A stretch of DNA of 64,000 bases from Rebecca billardiae RCC1528 (Eukaryota; Protista; Haptophyta), in the NCBI GenBank assembly GCA_965240325.2, contig OZ251224.1, positions 2,666,001-2,730,000 of the forward strand, written 5' to 3'. The notes under the pieces are model-generated. The model ran no database searches. It saw only the letters and a program-made list of their open reading frames with translations, and was not told the DNA's origin. The position numbers were made by a program, and so were the translations under genes. Shown one piece after another: positions 23,193 through 33,502 of the stretch (the first letter of the stretch is position 1; the number at the start of each line of letters is the position of its first letter).

Positions 23193-23980
23193 GCTGGCAC
23201 GTGCGCCTCGCTCAGTCCCTCTCTTCGGCCTGCACCGCTGACCGCACAGTGTGGCGTGCGCACGCAGTGCGCGGCGCGCGTCGCACACATCCGGTCCGAG
23301 CAGCAGCGACGCCTGCGCTCTTTCTGCCTCGGTCCGCCGCCGCGCAGGATTCACACGCTGTGTACTTTGCCCGATGCCGGCGGGGAGTTGTCGCTTGCCG
23401 GGCAGGCGGCCGTTCCGCGGTCCGGCGTTCGGAGAGTGGAGTGGCGCCGCGGCTAGGCGGCGCTATTCCCGCCGGCGGAGCCTGACGACTCATCACGGCC
23501 GGCGGGCCGCGCTGTCGTACAGTCGTTTGGCTGACTAACTGTGACCCTCTCAGGGCACCAGCGGCCGGCTCAGATTCTGAGCGCATCGTATGCCAGAGCC
23601 CCGGCGCAGGATGCTGCGCGTGTCGGCGCATGTGTCACTGGTTGACGCTGCTATTAATCCGCCGCGAAGATCGAAATAAAGCGCTTTTTGCCTTATTTTT
23701 TCCTGGCGGTCAGCATTTTCTGAATTTCCTGCTTCCTTCGGCAACTCGAGTCGTTCGGCAGCTTGTGTCGGCGTTTGTCGCCGGCGAAGATGGACCCTGG
23801 AAATAAGGGACCGACCGTTTGTGCCACTGCTCGACTCTCGAAGCTGCACGCGCCACGCGACCGCGGCAGATCCGGTGAAGTTGCATCGAGATTCACGGCC
23901 GGCCATTCCAGCCAGGGTCCACGCCCGACATCTCGTTGTCGTGACCGAACGGCGCCGTGGCGCGCACGCCTCGTTCCCCC

Positions 23981-26900
23981 ATGGATGTCGAGATCACGCC
24001 AAAGTCCCCAGCACTCACGCCTCCAGCGTCGACACCCAAGGCATCAGGGCGCAGCACGCCCAAGAGCGTCTCGGACACGGGGTCTGCCGCGCGCAGCGAG
24101 CAGGCTACCGCCAAGGGCGAGACCGCGGTCGCGCAGTCTGAGGAGGAGCCGCCTCTCAAGGCCGGGTGGCTCACGCGCGCGGTGGTGAAGCGCCCATGCT
24201 GCGTCGCCTTCCTCATTCTCATCGTCGCCTTCGCCTTCTCGCTGCTTGGCATGGCCGTCGCGGCGCAGCGGCACGAGAACTTTGGCGACGCGATCACTTT
24301 CATCTCTGGCGACAAGGTGCCGTCGCACCCGGACACGCTGCGCACCGAGGCGTTTAGCGTGATGGTGGACGACGGGTACGATGGCAAGGAGGAGGACAAC
24401 GACGACCCAGTCGAGCGCGAGCGGCAGTACGCCGCCGCCCCGATCTCGCTCGTGTACGAAGACCTGTCGGCCGGCGCCAACATGCTCACGCGCGAGAACG
24501 TCAAGAAGATCGCCAAGGTCGAGCGTGCGATCCTGGACGAGCCCGCGTGGCGCCGGGTGTGCCAGCTTCGATTCACGTGGAACAAGCAGATGTCCGCCTG
24601 CGCCAAGCCGACCACCATCCTCAACACGCTCTTTGTCAACGCGGACGAGCACGAGGCGCAGTGCAAGAAGGGCTTCTGCGAGGCCGGGCCGGCAGCGAGC
24701 GACACGGTGTGCGGCGATGGCGAGGGGCGCACGCCGTACGGCGAGCCGCCGTGCGTCTCGATGGTGTACGACTGGCGCGAGGGCACGCTCGCCGACGAGG
24801 CCGACTGGCCCAGCCTCCTCCGCACGCGCGTGTGCGGCAACGAGTTTGAGGAGACGTTTGTGCTCGACAAGGCGGCGATCGAGCTCGTGTGCAAGAGCGG
24901 CAAGCGCGGCGCGGCGCGCACGCTGCACACGCGCTCGCGCTACCTGACGGGGCAGCCGTTCGACGGGTTCCGCAACCGCGAGGACCGCGAGCGGGAGCAG
25001 GACGAGCTGCTCACCGGCGACGTGTACGACACGAGCTCGCCCGGCGGCCAGATCGAGGCCGCGCTGCAGCGCGCGACCGAGGACGTCTCCGCGACGCCGT
25101 ACCAACCGTCCGCGTCGTACGTCGGAGCGGCGCAGGGCGAGCGCAACATCAACGTGCTCATCACGAACAACGGCGTGCAGCGCTTCCTCCGCGTGCTCAC
25201 CTTCGACGTGCTCTGGGCGCTCATCTCCTTCCTCTTCGTCTACGTATACATCGCCTCCAACGTCGGCTCGTTTGCGCTCGCGCTCGCCGGGCTCGTCGAG
25301 ATCATGCTCTCGCTCCCGCTGGCGTACTTCTTCTATTCGGTGCTGATGAACCAGCAGAAGCTCGAGTTCACCTCGTTCCTCACGGTGTACCTGATCATGT
25401 GCATCGGCGCGGACGACATCTTCGTCTTCTACGACTCGTGGCGCGAGTCGCTCACCCAGCCCGAGCGCATCTCTGGCTCTCTCGAGACGCGGCTCAAGTG
25501 GACCTACTACCAGGCGGGCATGGCGATGCTGATCACGACGCTCACGACTGTCATCTGCCTCACCGCCACCGCCTTCTCGTCGATCCCGTCGATCTCGTCG
25601 TTCGGCTCGTTCACCGCGCTCGTCGTGCTCTTCAACTTCCTCCTCGTGATGACGTGGTTCCCCGCCGTCGTCGTCGCGCACGCGGTCCACCTCAAGGCGT
25701 GCTGCAGGTGCTGCTCGGTCGGCGGGCTGTGCCGCGAGCAGGAGGCCAAGCCGGGAGAGCCGGCCGCGCTGCCGCGCCACGTGCGCTTCCTGCGCGAGCG
25801 CGCGCTGCCCAAGCTCTTCGAGTACCGGTACGCGCTGCTCGGCTTCTCGGCGTGCGCGACGGTCGCGATGGTCGTCACCTTCGCCGTGCTCTTCCAGGTC
25901 GACACGGGCGGCTTCCAGTTCCTCGTGCAGACGAACCCGTGGCAGGTGGCAACCGACACGCAGGACGAGTCGTTCTATGTGCCGGAGGACTGGCAGTACT
26001 CGGTGCAGGTGGTGTACGGCCTGGACACGAGCCGGCCGATCTCCTACCCGGCTGACGGGCAGATCCTGCGCACGCTCGACGACGACGACGGCACGCTGCA
26101 CTACCTCTCCAACTTCACGCTCACCGAGCGGCTGCAGGAGGCGCTGGTCGCCGACTGCGACGAGGCACGCAAGGACCGGCGGCGCGTGCACGAGCGCGAG
26201 GCGTACTGCGTGCTCAACGAGCTCAAGGCGTGGCGCGAGGATGCATTTCCGTACGAGGACGAGCGCGCGCTGCGCAAGGCACTCGACTCCTTCTACAACT
26301 CGCCCAAGTACCTCGAGCTCGCGCTCGCGCGCGAGGACTTCCGGCAGAACACGGGCTTTGTGCCCGACGGCGACGACGGCATCAAGGCGCTGTGGGTGTC
26401 GTACAACTCGACCATCCCGCGCGAGGCCACGTCCGCGCCGCAGACCATCGCGCCGTACTACGCGGACTGGGACGCGGTGCGCGCGGACTGCGCGTTCGAG
26501 TGCTTCCACGTGCTCCTGGGCGGCCCCGTCTTCTCCTCCGCCAACTGGCTCGAGTACCGCTACTTGTACGCGCTGGCGCGCGTGCGTGCGCCCGGCGCGG
26601 CGCGGCGCGGCGCCGCGCGGCGCGGCGCGGCGCAGTACGGCGCAGCGCGGCGCAGCGCGGCGCGGCGCGGCGCGGCGCGGCGCGGCGCGGCGCGCGTGCG
26701 CACACGTGCGCACACTTGCGCACGCCAGGCGCTGAGCGACGCCCGCGCGCCCCGACCCACGCCATCTCGCCTTGCCCCTCCCCGCAGCGAGCGCCTGCTC
26801 GAGGAGTTCGGCCAGTCGATCGGGATCTCACTGCTCTGCGCCACGGTGCTGATGCTGCTCTCGACGCGCAACTGGATTGTCTCTGCGTGTGTGATGGTGA

Positions 26901-27604
26901 CGATCATGTCGACGGTCGTCTCCGCGCTCGCGTGCGTGCTCGCCGCGGGCAACAAGATCGGCTCGCAGGAGGCGACGTACACGGTGCTCACGATCGGCCT
27001 GTCGATCGACTACGCGGTGCACCTCAGCCACTTCTACGTGCACGCCGCAGGCTCGCGGCTCGAGCGCGTGCGCGAGTCGATCACCAAGGTGGGCGCGTCG
27101 GTGATCGGAGGCGCAATCACGACGGGCGCGGCGGGTCTGCCGCTTTTCGCCACATCCTTCACCTTCTTCTTCAAGTTTGGCTTCGTGAGCGCTCGCGCGC
27201 GCGCGCGCGCGCGCGCTCGGGCCGGCAGGCGTTGCGCGCTGTCGCGCGCATCGCGCCCGTCCGCAGCGCCGCGTCTCACCCGCTGCGCGCCGCTGCTTCC
27301 CGGCCGCGCCTCCCGGCCGCAGTTCATCCTGTTCACGTCGCTGTGGGCGATCACCTACTCCTTCACCATGCTGCTGCCGTTGCTGCTGATCCTCGGTCCA
27401 GAGGGGCGGCAGGGCAGCTTCGACATGTGCACCCCCGCGCGCTTCAGGGCAAAGGAGTCAGGGGACAGCGAGGCGGCAGCTGCGCCGGCCGCCCCGGTGA
27501 GCGCTGTGCGCGGAGCCGACGAGGCATCAGTCGCCGGCGGAGACGACGCTGCCAGTGGTATCAGCCGCAGCGCTTCGTCGTCGGAGCACGACCGACGAGT
27601 GTAG
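23981..27604 (+). CDS. Dispatched/Patched-family RND transporter with sterol-sensing domain, 3 exons
   Basis: 1+5+1+5 hydrophobic helix pattern. CIGADDIFVFYDSW (TM4 GxxxDD) and GLSIDYAVHLSHFY (TM10). Two in-frame GC-rich introns (about 26582-26787 and 27185-27322) are read through in the ORF track. Confidence 0.9.
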   Translation: MDVEITPKSPALTPPASTPKASGRSTPKSVSDTGSAARSEQATAKGETAVAQSEEEPPLKAGWLTRAVVKRPCCVAFLILIVAFAFSLLGMAVAAQRHENFGDAITFISGDKVPSHPDTLRTEAFSVMVDDGYDGKEEDNDDPVERERQYAAAPISLVYEDLSAGANMLTRENVKKIAKVERAILDEPAWRRVCQLRFTWNKQMSACAKPTTILNTLFVNADEHEAQCKKGFCEAGPAASDTVCGDGEGRTPYGEPPCVSMVYDWREGTLADEADWPSLLRTRVCGNEFEETFVLDKAAIELVCKSGKRGAARTLHTRSRYLTGQPFDGFRNREDREREQDELLTGDVYDTSSPGGQIEAALQRATEDVSATPYQPSASYVGAAQGERNINVLITNNGVQRFLRVLTFDVLWALISFLFVYVYIASNVGSFALALAGLVEIMLSLPLAYFFYSVLMNQQKLEFTSFLTVYLIMCIGADDIFVFYDSWRESLTQPERISGSLETRLKWTYYQAGMAMLITTLTTVICLTATAFSSIPSISSFGSFTALVVLFNFLLVMTWFPAVVVAHAVHLKACCRCCSVGGLCREQEAKPGEPAALPRHVRFLRERALPKLFEYRYALLGFSACATVAMVVTFAVLFQVDTGGFQFLVQTNPWQVATDTQDESFYVPEDWQYSVQVVYGLDTSRPISYPADGQILRTLDDDDGTLHYLSNFTLTERLQEALVADCDEARKDRRRVHEREAYCVLNELKAWREDAFPYEDERALRKALDSFYNSPKYLELALAREDFRQNTGFVPDGDDGIKALWVSYNSTIPREATSAPQTIAPYYADWDAVRADCAFECFHVLLGGPVFSSANWLEYRYLYALARVRAPGAARRGAARRGAAQYGAARRSAARRGAARRGAARVRTRAHTCARQALSDARAPRPTPSRLAPPRSERLLEEFGQSIGISLLCATVLMLLSTRNWIVSACVMVTIMSTVVSALACVLAAGNKIGSQEATYTVLTIGLSIDYAVHLSHFYVHAAGSRLERVRESITKVGASVIGGAITTGAAGLPLFATSFTFFFKFGFVSARARARARARAGRRCALSRASRPSAAPRLTRCAPLLPGRASRPQFILFTSLWAITYSFTMLLPLLLILGPEGRQGSFDMCTPARFRAKESGDSEAAAAPAAPVSAVRGADEASVAGGDDAASGISRSASSSEHDRRV
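26594..26692. repeat. (GCGCG/GCGGC)n pentanucleotide-type tract inside a Dispatched intron
   Basis: Direct reading: ggcgcggcgcggcgcggcgcc... repeated. Confidence 0.8.
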
Positions 27605-28623
27605 CGCAGTAGAGTCGCAATGACGAGGCGGATGCTGACTGATGTGACGACGCGCGATATAGCAGTATATTAGACTCTAGTCAGCAGACGAGACATCGTC
27701 TAACTTAATCAGCGCGCGGACGTTTATTCTGTATTCAGCGCGCGCAGCGCCGCGCTCGGCGCTGCCGTTACTGCTAGTGCTCAAGTCGTGCGTGTGATGC
27801 AGAGTCTCTCAGCAGTAAGCAGATATCAGCATCGCACGCTATTCACTGCAGTCCAGACTATATCGCTCCGCCCGAGGCGCCTCCGGCTCCGGCCCCGGGA
27901 CCGGGCCGGGCGGGCGCGCTCCGCGGCCCCCGGGGACGACCGGTCACCGGGGTCCGGGCGCGATCGTGTCATCGTCGCTCGACGGTATTTACGTATTATT
28001 CTCGTCCGCCTGGCGGAGGCTAGAGCCGAATACATACGGCGAATACCCGACGATTCCGAGACCGGTCACCTAGCAGTAGCGGGCGTGGCCGCGTGGCACA
28101 GCGGCCAGCGCGGCAGCGGCGCCTACGGTATCGATCAGCCCGAGACCTAGTACGCGCCCGCCTAGGCGGCGGCGCTAGGCGCCTCTAGGCTCTGATAGGC
28201 CGCTCTAGGCTCTAGCGACTAGCCCGGTGCTGATGCCTGATGCCAATGATATAACCGTCACCGTCTCGGACCCGAATCGGCCAAACCTTATTCCTTAAAT
28301 CCGCCTTTTAAACCGCAGCCTTTACGTACACGCGACTATAAGGGCATCATCGCGTGATCAACTGCCGCCTTAATTGCGCGTTGCGCTGTTCGGCTGTAGA
28401 TGATGCTCGCGCCAAGACCGGACGAAGCAGGCCCACATCGCCAGAGCGCTGGCTGTCGGACCATGCCGCACGCGCAGCTTTGTTCCATGACCAGCGCGGG
28501 CGCTGCGCGCAGGCCGGCGTGACCAGCCTCTGCACTCAACCTGGCAGCGCGAGCCGGGTGCGAGCCCACGGTCCAGACCGCGAGGCCGCGGCGCGAGCCG
28601 CACAACGTTGCATGACGAGGCGC

Positions 28624-30644
28624 TCAGCGCGTCATCACCATGTCGTCGATCTTGAGGATCATGCGCACGCACTCGGTGGCGAGCGAGATGGCCGAGGTGT
28701 ACACCAGCAGTGGTACCAGCACGTTCTCCTCGCGGATGTCGCCGATCGCCCCCTTGCGCACGTTGATCCCCGCCGACGCCTCGCCGGCCGCATGCCGGTT
28801 GCGCAGCTCTGTCACCATGCTGATGGCGTTCAGCCCCGCGTTCTCCGAGAGCGTGTACGGGATGACCTGCGCGGCGCGGAGGAGCAGAGCGAGCGCCGAG
28901 CGCGTGAGCGCGTGGAGCCGCGGGCCGCGAGCGCGCGCTCGCCCCGACCGGACGCCACGGGCGCGCGTGCGCCCGTGCGCGTGCGCCCGTGCGCGCGCTC
29001 AAGCGGCTACCAGGCATGCAGGCTTTCAGCGTCAAGGCGTTCGCAACCGCGTGCGATGTGCGCGTGCACGCGCACGCGCGTGCGCGCGCGCGTGCGCGCA
29101 CATCGAGCGCGGTCGCAAACGCCTTGACGCAGTAAGCCTGCATGCCTGGTAGCTCGTTTGACCAGTGCGCGAGCCGGAAGGATGCCTCGGCCTCGGGCGC
29201 GCCGCCGCCCGGCGTGAGGTAGCGCTTCTTCACCAGGCAGCGCAGCACGCACAGCGCGTCGTGGATCGAGCGGTCCGCCTGCGCGCGTGCGGTGTGGCGG
29301 CAGTTGGCGCGCGGGGCGTAGTGAGCAAACCTACGGGGAGAGGGACGGGGGCGCGAGCGGGCGCGCACCTCGTCGAGCGTCATCTTGTTGGAGGCGCGGA
29401 CGAAGATGGTGACGGTCTTGCCCGGGTTGGGCACGCCGGACACGCGCACGATCTTCGAGTCGGGCGTCGCCTCCTCCGCGACGAGATCGGCCTTGCCAAG
29501 CTTCTCGGCGGTGAAGGTCTCGATCGAGGCCGCGGGCGTGCAGCCGACCGTCTTGCAGATGAACTCGATGTCGTCGCGCTCGATGTCGTTGACGACGAGG
29601 ATCTTCATCTTCGCGAGGAAGTGGAGCGACAGGTCCGTCACCGCGTCGCGCAGGATGCTCTTCTGGATGAAGAGCACGTTGCACCCCGTCTTCTGGATCT
29701 TTTTGCAGAGGTCGAGAATGTACTTGCGCTCCTCCTTCAGGATCCGGTCCATCTGCGCGTAGTCGGAGACGATGACCGACTGGTCGATGTCGGTCTTGGG
29801 CGGGGAGAGGCAGAACTGGATGAGCCCGATCTTCGCGTTCGGCACGCGCGTCGGCCCGCCCGCCGCCTTCACCGCCTTCTGCGTGAAGACGAGGCCGTCG
29901 ACCAGCTCGGTGTCGTCGATCGTGCCGCCGATCTTCTTCACGATCGCCACGTCGCGCAGGTCGACGTTGGTCGCGGTCGTCGGGTCGATGATGCGGAGCA
30001 TCGCGTCGACCGCGACCGGCGCGAGCACCTGCGCGTTCTGCGAGACCACCTTCGAGTTGAGCGACGTGCTCGCCACCTTGATCAGCTGCTCGCGGTCGGT
30101 GAGGTCGACCGGCGACGAGATCGCCTCGATGAACTTCACCGCCTGCTGCTCGGCGACGACGAAGGCCTCGGAGATGATGGTCGGGTGGATGCCCTTCTCG
30201 AGCAGCTTCTGCGCCGCGTCGAGGAACGCGCCGCACAGCACCGTCACCGACGTCGTGCCGTCGCCCGCCTCGGTGTCCTGCGCCTTGGCGAGGTCGACGA
30301 GCATCTTGGCGGTCGGGTGCGCGACCTCCATCTGCTGCAGAATCGTCGCGCCGTCGTTGGTGATGATCACCTCGCCGCTCTTCCCCGCGATCATCTTATC
30401 CATCCCCTTGGGCCCCAGGCTCGTCCGCACAGCATTGGCGACAGCTGCGCGCACGGTGGGCGCGCGGAGAAGGCGCCCGCGGGTCACGTGGGCGCGCGCG
30501 CGCCGCGGGCGCGGCGGGGGGCGAGGCGGACGGCGGTCGTCACAAGCGCGTACCCTTCGCCGCGCCGATGTTGTTCTCGCGCACCGTCTTCTCCTGCCCG
30601 CGCTGCCGCAGCATGTCGCCGCGCGTCGACGCATTGGGCACCAT
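28624..30644 (-). CDS. CCT4: T-complex protein 1 subunit delta (group II chaperonin), 4 exons
   Basis: [10 protein letters not shown]|[95 protein letters not shown]. Confidence 0.96.
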
Positions 30645-30974
30645 CGCAACGGGAGTTGCGCAGCGACAGCAGGTGGCGCGCAGCAACGCCGTGCCGTTGA
30701 GCGCCTGAGCGGGCCGGTCCGGGCGGCTTGGGCGTGAGTTCCCGGACCCTGAGTTTTAACGGCCGTCCGCAAGGCTTCGCCTGGGCGTGACGGGCGTGGG
30801 CTGGGCGGAGCAAGCTGGTCTCGGCCGTCGACACTCTCACAGGCTCACAACCTGACGGTAGCTTGGCAGCTCTGACACCGAGCGCTAGCGGGCTAGGAAG
30901 CACCTCGCGCGCGCGAGGAGCAGCACTTCCCCGGATGTTGAACCCATGATGATGGGTAGCTGTCACGACGGCCG

Positions 30975-33404
30975 TCACTGAGACTGCGCCGCGGCCGCCA
31001 GCACCGCCTGCAACGCCAGCCCGGCGGCTGCCATCTCCGCCGCCTTCTTGTTCGCGCCAGAGCCCCTGCACGGGGGCACGACTGGCTGATCACGATTGAT
31101 GTCCGAGACTGTGACCGTCGAGGTGTAGCCGCCGTGTTGCGGGTCGGGCTGGGTCACGTACTGAGGCATCTTTAGCTGCTTGTTCGCCATGCACCACTCC
31201 TGAAGCTGCTCGCATTCGCGGTGACAGCGGTTGGTGCGGCCGGCCGGCGCGCGAGCGTAAGCGTGCGCACGCTCGCGATGAGGCACGGGCGTTCAGGCCG
31301 CGGGCACTGCCAGGCCGGACGCAGCGCACCTGGTTCTTTGGGTTCGAGGACGTGCTGTTGTTACTCCTCGCGCCGGCTGGATGATTTGACGGCGTGGGCG
31401 CGTTCAGGCTGAGCCCTGCCTGCAGCATCCCGGCGATGGCGTGGATGTCGTCCGCGTCGCCGTCCGCTGTGGCTCCGCCTGACGCGTGTGCCGCGGGGAT
31501 GCCCAGCGCGCCAAGCCGAGCCAGAGCGCTCCGCGCGGCGGCCATCTCCGCCGCCTGCTTGCTCGCGTCCTCGCCGACAGGCGCCGGATCGAGCATCTCC
31601 TTGCCGTCCAGCGCGCTCACGCCCACTTCGGCGCGCCAGAGGAGCACGGCGCCGCTGGGGCCGAGGATCGCCTGCGAGCGATACACAGGCGGGCGCAGCA
31701 TGGATCCTGGCCGCTCGCAGAGCTCCTTGAGCTGCGACGAAGCACGCACGTTTGGAGCGAAGCAGGTCACGGGAGGGGCACGTAGCGCGCAACGTGTAAG
31801 CACGCACGGGCCGCGCACGGTGGCGCGTGCGGCGCGGGGACCGGCCACCGTGACTGACTGACTGACCGCGCGAGCGCCAGCGTGCCGCGCACCTTGGTCT
31901 TCGCATCGGCATTTGCGGGGAAGCCCGGGGGAGCCGATTCCGCAGCTGCATGGAGCAGACTCGTCACGACCAGTGGCACGGCATCCGCGAGGTCGAGCGC
32001 CTTCATCGACGGCGACTGCGGCCTTGACGACGAGGACACAGAGGGCGCATCTGTGGGCGCCCCGCCGAGCTTGACCGCGGCGCGGTCGGGCGACGCGCCA
32101 GCCGGGCCAAGCGGGTGCGCGTAGGCCGGGCTCGCCTTGTCCAGAGATGGCGGCCGAGCCTCTGCGTGGACGCTCCGCTCCGCGGCGTGCATCACGCTCG
32201 GGGGCGACGAGCCTCCCCGGCCAGGCACAGCCTCGCCGTCCTCGTCGCGCGATGTGCGCTGCCGCTTCGCCTGCGCGTCCAGCTGCTCGCGCAGCTGTGT
32301 GATCTCGCTCTGCTGCTTCTCGCTCTCGGTCCGCAGCTGGGCGACATCCGTGCGCAGAGCCTGCACCACGGACAGCACCTGCGCCATCTGGTCATTGGGC
32401 ACATGCTGCGCAGCCGGGTCGATGGGCACCGCAGGGACGGCCGGGGCAGCGTGGAGCTGCGGCTGCTGCGCGTGGAGCAATTCGGCAGGCACGGGCAAAT
32501 CGTGCAGTGGCCCTGATGGACACAGCGTGGCTGTCTCAGTCAGTGGCCCGTCCTCTGGCCTCGGCGTGCTCACGCTTGGTCCAGCCGCCAGCAGTTCGCG
32601 CTCCAGTATCGCCAAATGGTCGTCTGGGAGTACGTCGACCATTTCACTGAGGCCGAGTGCGCACGCCCGCCGGCTCGGTGTGCGCGGAGCGCGCGCGCGC
32701 TTGGGAGACAGCTTGACGTACGCCCCGGCGCGCTCGCGCTCGCGCCATACGGAGTGCTGGAATAGCTCATCGCGTGTCAGCCTGATCTTGATGCGGCCCA
32801 TGTGCGTCAAGCCGTGGAGTGTGATCTCACGGTCAGTGCTCGCGCCGCGCGTCTCGCCGCGAAGCTTGACTGCTTGCATCTCGATGATACCCTCGCCGGA
32901 CAGAGACTCGAGCTTCACGACGATACGCTCCCCACCGTCGTCGAGGATGTCGATCAAATCGTTGGGTGCCATGTCGTCGCCGGCAACTTCCAGCAGGCGC
33001 GTGTACTTGAGCCCAGCCCACTGATCTTGCGAGTCTTCGGGCCAGAGCAACGGCGCCGTCGGATCCCGCGGGCCCAGATTTCGCACGCACAGCATCCCCG
33101 TCACGGTATTATTGGCGTCGTCTCGCTTCACATAGTACGTTGGGTTGGCCGGCTTGACGGGCGTCGACGACGCTCCACCCTCTGCCGCTGCCTCTCCGGG
33201 CGCAGTGCCCTTCAGGAAGAAGCAGCGCTGCGGCGGGTCAGCTCCCAGCACATCACGGAGGGGAGGTATGACGTGCCCGCCGCGGACAGGGACGCCGGCG
33301 TGAAGACTGCCCACCTCCTGCTCTGCACTCAGGCCTTCCAGACTCGCCAGGATCATCTCATCGCTCGCATCGAGCGGAAGTTCGAGCGGCGGGGTCGCCG
33401 ACAT
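30975..33404 (-). CDS. Protein with two C-terminal dsRNA-binding domains, a central coiled coil and an unrecognised N-terminal domain, at least 3 exons
   Basis: Exons 33404-31893, 31731-31330 and 31205-30975. dsRBD1 NADAKTK|LKELCE..PPVY..GEDASKQAAEMAAARSALARL. dsRBD2 NPKNQ|LQEWC..PQY..YTSTVTV..GSGANKKAAEMAAAGLAL. Confidence 0.8.
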
Positions 33405-33502
33405 GAGGCGGGACGACGAGTCGATCAAGGTCTTGGTCGCCAGCGACCCTGCTGACGAAGCGATATTGCCCGATTCCGCGCGCAAACCTCAAATACGCGT
33501 AT

